Shown: positions 54,190 through 64,000 of the stretch, piece after piece | Position numbering within the stretch: position 1 is the stretch's first letter | Layout of the letters: each line of letters begins with the position of its first letter | Source: Flaccisagitta enflata | Lineage: Eukaryota | NCBI GenBank assembly: GCA_965153355.1 | Contig: OZ231126.1 | Coordinates: 37,014,001-37,078,000, forward strand | Reading direction: 5' to 3' | Length of the DNA: 64,000 bases | The notes under the pieces: model-generated | What the model saw: only the letters and a program-made list of their open reading frames with translations | Told to the model about the DNA's origin: nothing | Databases searched by the model: none | Position numbers and translations under genes: made by a program

Positions 54190-54538
54190 CTCTCGCTCGC
54201 CGCCGACAACGCATCAGTGTTTCTGATCGAAGGTTTGCGTCCGCCACTCGTGACGTTCAAGTAAGTCGCGGCATGGCATACTTTTACTGTGTGATTTTGT
54301 CCTCTTTTTCTTCCTTTCTGTCTTTATCTTTTTCTTTCTTCTTTTTTGTCTTCCTTTCTTTCTTTCTTTTCCGTCTTCCTTTCTTTCCCTTCTACCTTTC
54401 TCTTCCTTTCTTCCTTTCTGTCTTTCTTTCTTTCTTCCTCCTTTTTTTTTCTCTCTCCCTTTCATGCTCTTCCTCTGTTCCGTTTTTCCTTGTCCCCTCC
54501 TTCCCTTTTCTGTTTTACCTATTCCTCTACTTCCTTTT

Positions 54539-54603
<65 letters not shown>

Positions 54604-54617
54604 CCTCTCTCTCACAG
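54190..54617 (+). other. Putative PSMC6 5'UTR exon and intron (54261-54617)
   Basis: Donor caa|gtaagt at 54261, a long pyrimidine tract, and acceptor ctcacag at 54617, 22 nt before the ATG. Confidence 0.65.
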
Positions 54618-54639
54618 TTGACTCCAACCTCGAAACAAA

Positions 54640-58762
<4,123 letters not shown>

Positions 58763-58900
58763 GTTGGTGCATTGGCAATTTTAATAAATTTTAATAATGA
58801 GAAACTGTTAATCGTATTTAATCTCAATGACAAGTATTGAAATTGAAAGAATCAATTTAGGTTGGGAGGAGCGGTAAATTGTTAAATTGAAAGTATCTTT

Positions 58901-61900
58901 TCAGTTTCTGGCCCACAATTTGATTTCGCTCATTATGACCCATTTTTCGCCTTCGTTATTGACGTCTAAAACACGAATGCCGTAGCATTTGTACATTTTG
59001 CACGAGTCCACCTCGGCGATAGTCGTATCCTGAAAATGAGTAATTTTAAACTTTTTCTTATACCAATTAGTGTGACGATAATGGCGAAAATAACAATAAT
59101 TGTACAATTTTTAAATGGAGGGGGGGGGGTGTTACGGTCAGGTCTATCTGACTATAAAGGTCTGATAAACTGCCTTAAGTGACGAGTTGGCGCTTTAACT
59201 CGGTACTCACATCTTCTGAGATGAATCCCCTGCCACTAAGATCCTCGTAGATGATATCCCATTTTGAGTCGGCGTTGCACGTAGCATCGTTTGTGGCCAT
59301 CAGCTCAAACTTTGAAGCTCCGTTTTTTGGTGCGATGGAACTTTTAAAAGACATCCGCGTCACTCGTTTCGCCTAATTTTGCAAGAGGATTGTTGTAAAA
59401 ATACTTCGTGTACTTCGTGAGCTGGCCCTCCTGACCTCAAGATCGGCTAGCTCGCCCATCGGTACTTGTGACAGGGCTACCGAAACCATGTGCGGGTGGG
59501 CAGGAGTAGTGATAATAATGCTGGATACATGGCTACTCAATTCGTTTGTGGTTGGGCAGGGGCGGTTGTAATAGTGTTAAGTAATTGGGCAGGGGCAGTG
59601 ACGCCAGAACCACCCGCGAAAGCCCAAAAAGTAGTGCGACCATTGCAGTGTGACCATTGCAACGGACGAACAGAAGGATCGACAGACTGACACAGCGGCT
59701 TATTGTCGTGTGCACGCGACCGAAAACTTGCCTTTTTAAATTGAACCCAGATTGACTGAGGAGCATCTTGATCCGATGTCCAGGATGCGTAGTGATCTTG
59801 AGTAAATGCATTATCGGCTTCACAGAAGGGGGCTTGGCTAGATGCGCCAAATGAAGCGTCATCGAATTTCAAGGGGACGGACTGATGACCTGAAATTAGT
59901 AAAAAAACATAAGTAAAGGTGGACGGAGGACAGCCCCTCACGTTGAGACGAGGACGCGTCTGATAATGACGGCTTTGAGAATAGTCACTCACATAGTGAT
60001 CCTTCAGTATTCTGGCCCTATAGTTGTTTCTTATCTTCTTGTACAAAGCATTGAACATAACTACCTTTGTTAAGTATCGCGATTTCTTCCTCTAACTTTG
60101 TGATTTTGTCAATGGCTTTCTGATTTTGTTTCTTCAGCTGAGCATTTTCGGCCTTCAGCTTCTTCAGTTCTTCGCCGGCTACTTGATTGTCCAAGGCGTC
60201 TTTGAGGTCTTTTTTGAGCTTTTCAATTTCCTGTGCCTTTTTGCCATTTTCTCCTGCGTAGTGAGTGTCCATATTTTAGAAGAATGACCAGCTTCATGAC
60301 AAAAACAGTGCAAGTAAGCGTACTTGTTTATCGCCACTTTGTATATTATCCCGGTCCCTGCCAACCCGTACAGACAAGGTAAAAGTTGCAAAGTAAATTA
60401 TCATTAAGTCATATGTTTATTTAGCACACGCGCCTTGGTAAGACATGCTTCTTTTGAGCGCGCGATTTTCTTGCCAGTTTAGTCAACCTACTATATGTCA
60501 AGTTTTTATTTAAAATATTCCTTCCTTGAACTGATTTGGAACAACAGCTACATCAATACGCTTTTTCAACCATCATGCACGGAAAAAATATCCTTGATCA
60601 ACAATGTATGTGGAGAAAAGAAATGGATTAGGAAATCGTTTTAACTGAAAACTGAGTGATAAAATTCTTAAGAAGGTCTCACGGAAAACTCTTAATCTGC
60701 TTCCAAACGAACTTTTTTGCATTTCCAAGAACATGACTTCCTTCCTACGTGTCTTTAAAAGGGGGTCATGTTTTTCATTTTTTTAATTTGTCATTTTCTA
60801 TGCAAATTAAGAGTTTTCCGTGGGGCCTTATCTAGTGATAAAAGAGAATTTTCTTAAGAAAATGTCTTATTTTTCGTTGCATATTGATACATTTCATAAT
60901 GTTTAAGTCATCCCTATGATATTTCCATGCAAATTCTTAGTAAGTGTGCACTTCCACATATATTGCACACTTCAACAAAACTGTTTGATCGATTTTTCTT
61001 TCGAGTGAAAAACTGGCTACGGCAGTGAAAAGCGCAAATTTCCGGTGACCGTGTCGTAATGGTCACCTTCTGTTTCTCATACCTCTCAGTTTTCCGTTTT
61101 CCTCCAGTGACTTGTCGAGCTCCGCTTGTTTTGCCTGCATAGTCTCATGTAGCATGGCAATTTTCTCCGTCCATTCTTCTGTGGTCTTTTTGCAGCTAGT
61201 CAACTCTTTCGCCAAAGATGCGTTTCGTTTCTTAAGCTCATCCACAGATTTTTTCATAGCCTACGTATTGATAATGCGGGTTTCAATGAAGTATCTTGAA
61301 ATAGTTGGATGGCATTACATGTAACCCTCTTTTGATGAACAGAATGCCAGATTTTCAAGATGAAAAAAATTTTAGTAAAAATATTCACAAGCTAGATATA
61401 ATAGAAAAGCCCGTTGCAAATTTGTGCCCATACGCGTGCCCATGCAATTCTTGAATTTGTTATTTGAATCTAGATAAAGATCTTGGATAACGACCTGAAA
61501 CCCACCATAAAAAATGATACATTGCCTACGAATCGACCTACAAACGGCTACATTCGGGCAGGTAATCTTTCAGACGATTTCCAACAATTGTAGAAAGTAA
61601 ATGCATTTGAAACTTTTAGTTGTGCCGCGTCAATCTTACCTCAACTGCATTTTCTGCATCTCGCTTGGCCTTTTCGCACTTTGTCAGTTGGTCTCCGACA
61701 CTCTGGACTTTCGTCTCTTCTTCCGCCAGCGATTTTTTTGCATTTACCAGATCTTCGTAGCATTGGGTTGTCTTTGCCTTCTCTTTTTTCAAATTAGCTT
61801 CAAGCTTCTTCAGTGAAGCTTGGCATTGGTTCTCTTTCTCCAACTCTTCCTTCAATTTTTGTCCGCGACGGAATATCATTCCGACGCGGACTATAATTCA

Positions 61901-64000
61901 AGGCGGGTGGGTGTCGTCGTCGTCGTCGTCGTTGTCGTCGTCGTCGTTGTCGTCCCGGATTTTAAAAAATGGATAACTTTTTTATGCTTTGACCGATTTG
62001 GTTCATATTTGGTGGGAAGTTGTGCTAGGGTAAGGCGCTTTACATCCTATCCGATTTTTGTGATCCGACCAACCCAACCGGCCCAACCAGCTTACCGGCC
62101 TAAAAGTGAAAAACGTGCATAACTTTGGCATTTTTCAACCGATTTGGCTGAAATTTGGTATGGAGTCTCTAAATGGAAGGCCTCAACATATGTATATGAT
62201 TTATATGCATTTGAGCATGCTAACCGGCCAAACCGACCTACCACCCAACCAGCCAACCGGCCTAAAAGTGAAAAACTTGCGTAACTTTGTCATTTTTCAA
62301 CTGATTTGGTTGAAACTTGGTATGGAGTCTCTAAATGGAAGGACTCAGCATATGCAAACTATTTATCCTGTTAAACCAGCCTACCACCCAACCAGCCTAC
62401 TGGCCTAAAAGTGAAAAACGTGCATAACTTTGGCATTTTTCAACTGATTTGGCTGAAATTTGGTATGGAGTCTCTAAATGGAAGGCCTCAACATATGTAT
62501 ATGATTTATATGCATTTGAGCATGCTAACCGCCAAACCGACCTACCACCCAACCAGCCAACCGGCCTTAAAGTGAAAAACTGCGTAACTTTGTCATTTTT
62601 CAACTGATTTGGTTGAAACTTGGTATGGAGTCTCTAAATGGAAGGACTCAGCATATGCAAACTATTTATCCTGTTAAACCAGCTACCACCCAACCAGCCT
62701 ATGCCTAAAAATGAAAAACGTGCATAACTTTGGCGTTTTTCAACCGATTTGGTTGAAATTTGGTATGGAGTCTCTAAATGGAAGGACTCAACAAATGTAT
62801 GTGATTTATATGCATTTGAGCATGCTAACCGGCCAAACCGACCTACCACCCAACCAGCCAACCGGCACAAAAGTGAAAAACTTGCTTAACTTTGTCATTT
62901 TTCAACTAATTTGGTTGAAACTTGGTATGGGGTCTCTAAATGGAAGAACTCAACATATGCGCACTATTTATCCTGTCAAACCAGCCTACCACCCAACCAG
63001 CCTACCAACCAAAAGGTGATAAATGTGCATATCTTTGGCGTTTTTCAACCAATTTGGTTGAAATTTAGTATGGAGTCTCTAAATGGAAGGACTCAACACA
63101 TGTATGTGATTTATTTATGTTTGAGCATGCTAACCGGCCAAACCAACCTACCACCCAACCAGCTTACCGGCCTTAAAGTAAAAACTTACATAAATTTGAC
63201 ATTTTTCAACCAAATTGGTTGAAACATGGTATGGAGTCTCTAAATGGAAGAACTCAACATACGCACACTATTTATCTAAACCAGCCTACCACCCAACCAC
63301 CCTACTAGCCTAAAAGTGAAAAACGTGCATAACTTTGTCATTTTTCAACGGATTTGCATGAAACTTTGTATGGCGGCTCTAAATGTAAAGTCTTATAGTT
63401 TTGGCGAACTTACAGGGTTAGCGATCTTTTGGTCATAGCGATCTTACGGAATTGGTGATCTTTAACCCCCTTCCGTCGCGGACCCAGATACTGTTCAGAT
63501 TTTTTCTCCAGATCTTTCACTTTCGCCTCCGCCACGGCCAGCTTCTTCCGTTCCTCCTCCAATTCATCCGTCAGAGCTCCCACTTGTCCTTTGGCCAGCT
63601 TCACTTCATCTTGAACATCTTTCAAGCTCTCCGTCAACTCATCAACAAGTTTCTCGTTGGCGCTTGCCTTCGACTTTTCCTGGGCCACTTCTTTTTTCAA
63701 ATTCTTCACCTGTTCCTCTCTCTCTTGCAGCTTTTTCTTTTCCTCCGCCAAATTCGCCGTTAAATTTCCCACGCGGTGGCGCGCCTCTTCAACGACTCTC
63801 CTGCCCTCAGCTAAATCCCTCTGCAGCCTCTCGATAGTATTGAGAGCCGTCTCCAGTTGCTTCCTCAGCGCCTGCTTCTCTAATGCTAATTTGGCTATTT
63901 TCTCCATGAATTTTCCCTGCTGATCCTGAAGATGTGTAACCTTCTCCTTCAATTGACCCAGCGTATTTTTGCATTCTTCATCCTTAGATGTGAGCGATGC
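58901..64000 (-). CDS. Long coiled-coil protein with C-terminal F5/8 type C (discoidin/galactose-binding-like) domain, 5' end beyond window. Exons >64000-63496 joined to 61860-61640 (split by TE), 61260-61083, 60253-60065 (or -59993), 59889-59732, 59372-59211, 59029-58901
   Basis: E/K/L heptad-rich exons with consistent phases, followed by ASSQAPFCEADNAF...WTSDQDAPQSIWVQF...KRVTRMSF...KFELMAT...YKCYGIRVLDVN...VIMSEIKLW, which resembles the F5/8 type C pattern. One exon is interrupted by a TE, so it may be a disrupted allele. Confidence 0.78.
61861..63495 (+). mobile_element. HINE/DINE-1-like non-autonomous element with central tandem repeats, inserted in a coding exon
   Basis: Preceded by a T-run. 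5' hairpin GTCCGCGACGGAA-tatca-TTCCGACGCGGAC followed by tata, then a (GTC)n microsatellite, about 4.2 copies of a ~303-bp unit (62100-63380), 3' subterminal inverted repeat TTCCGTCGCGGAC (63471-63483), ending ..CTGTT. Confidence 0.85.

Noticed and set aside
61820-63222. Repeated ORFs MKNVHNFGIFQPIWLKFGMESL
   Set aside because: Translations of the TE central tandem repeat, with frameshifts between units.

Overview
Repeat-rich eukaryotic (invertebrate animal-like) genomic DNA with spliced genes. Plus strand: four 5' exons of an ionotropic glutamate receptor-like gene (5057-16992); an isolated EamA/SLC35-type transporter exon (32965-33555); an orphan ORF with an internally duplicated motif (41863-42708); a complete lark/RBM4-like gene with an expanded 3 RRM + 2 zinc-knuckle architecture (46712-53536); and the 5' half of PSMC6/Rpt4 (54640-58762). 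Minus strand: a coiled-coil + F5/8 type C (discoidin-like) gene apparently nested in a PSMC6 intron (58901 to >64000), and a fossil LINE reverse transcriptase (35910-38551). The rest is microsatellites, tandem repeats, nested MITEs, and about 30 copies of several HINE/DINE-1-like (Helentron-type) non-autonomous families. The most notable item is a 1635-bp HINE-like element inserted inside a coding exon of the nested gene; it carries a phase-compatible internal GT..AG pair and may be spliced out as a new intron. All gene models were assembled by eye from splice sites and reading-frame phase; no database search was run. Most ORFs in the supplied track are microsatellite artefacts.
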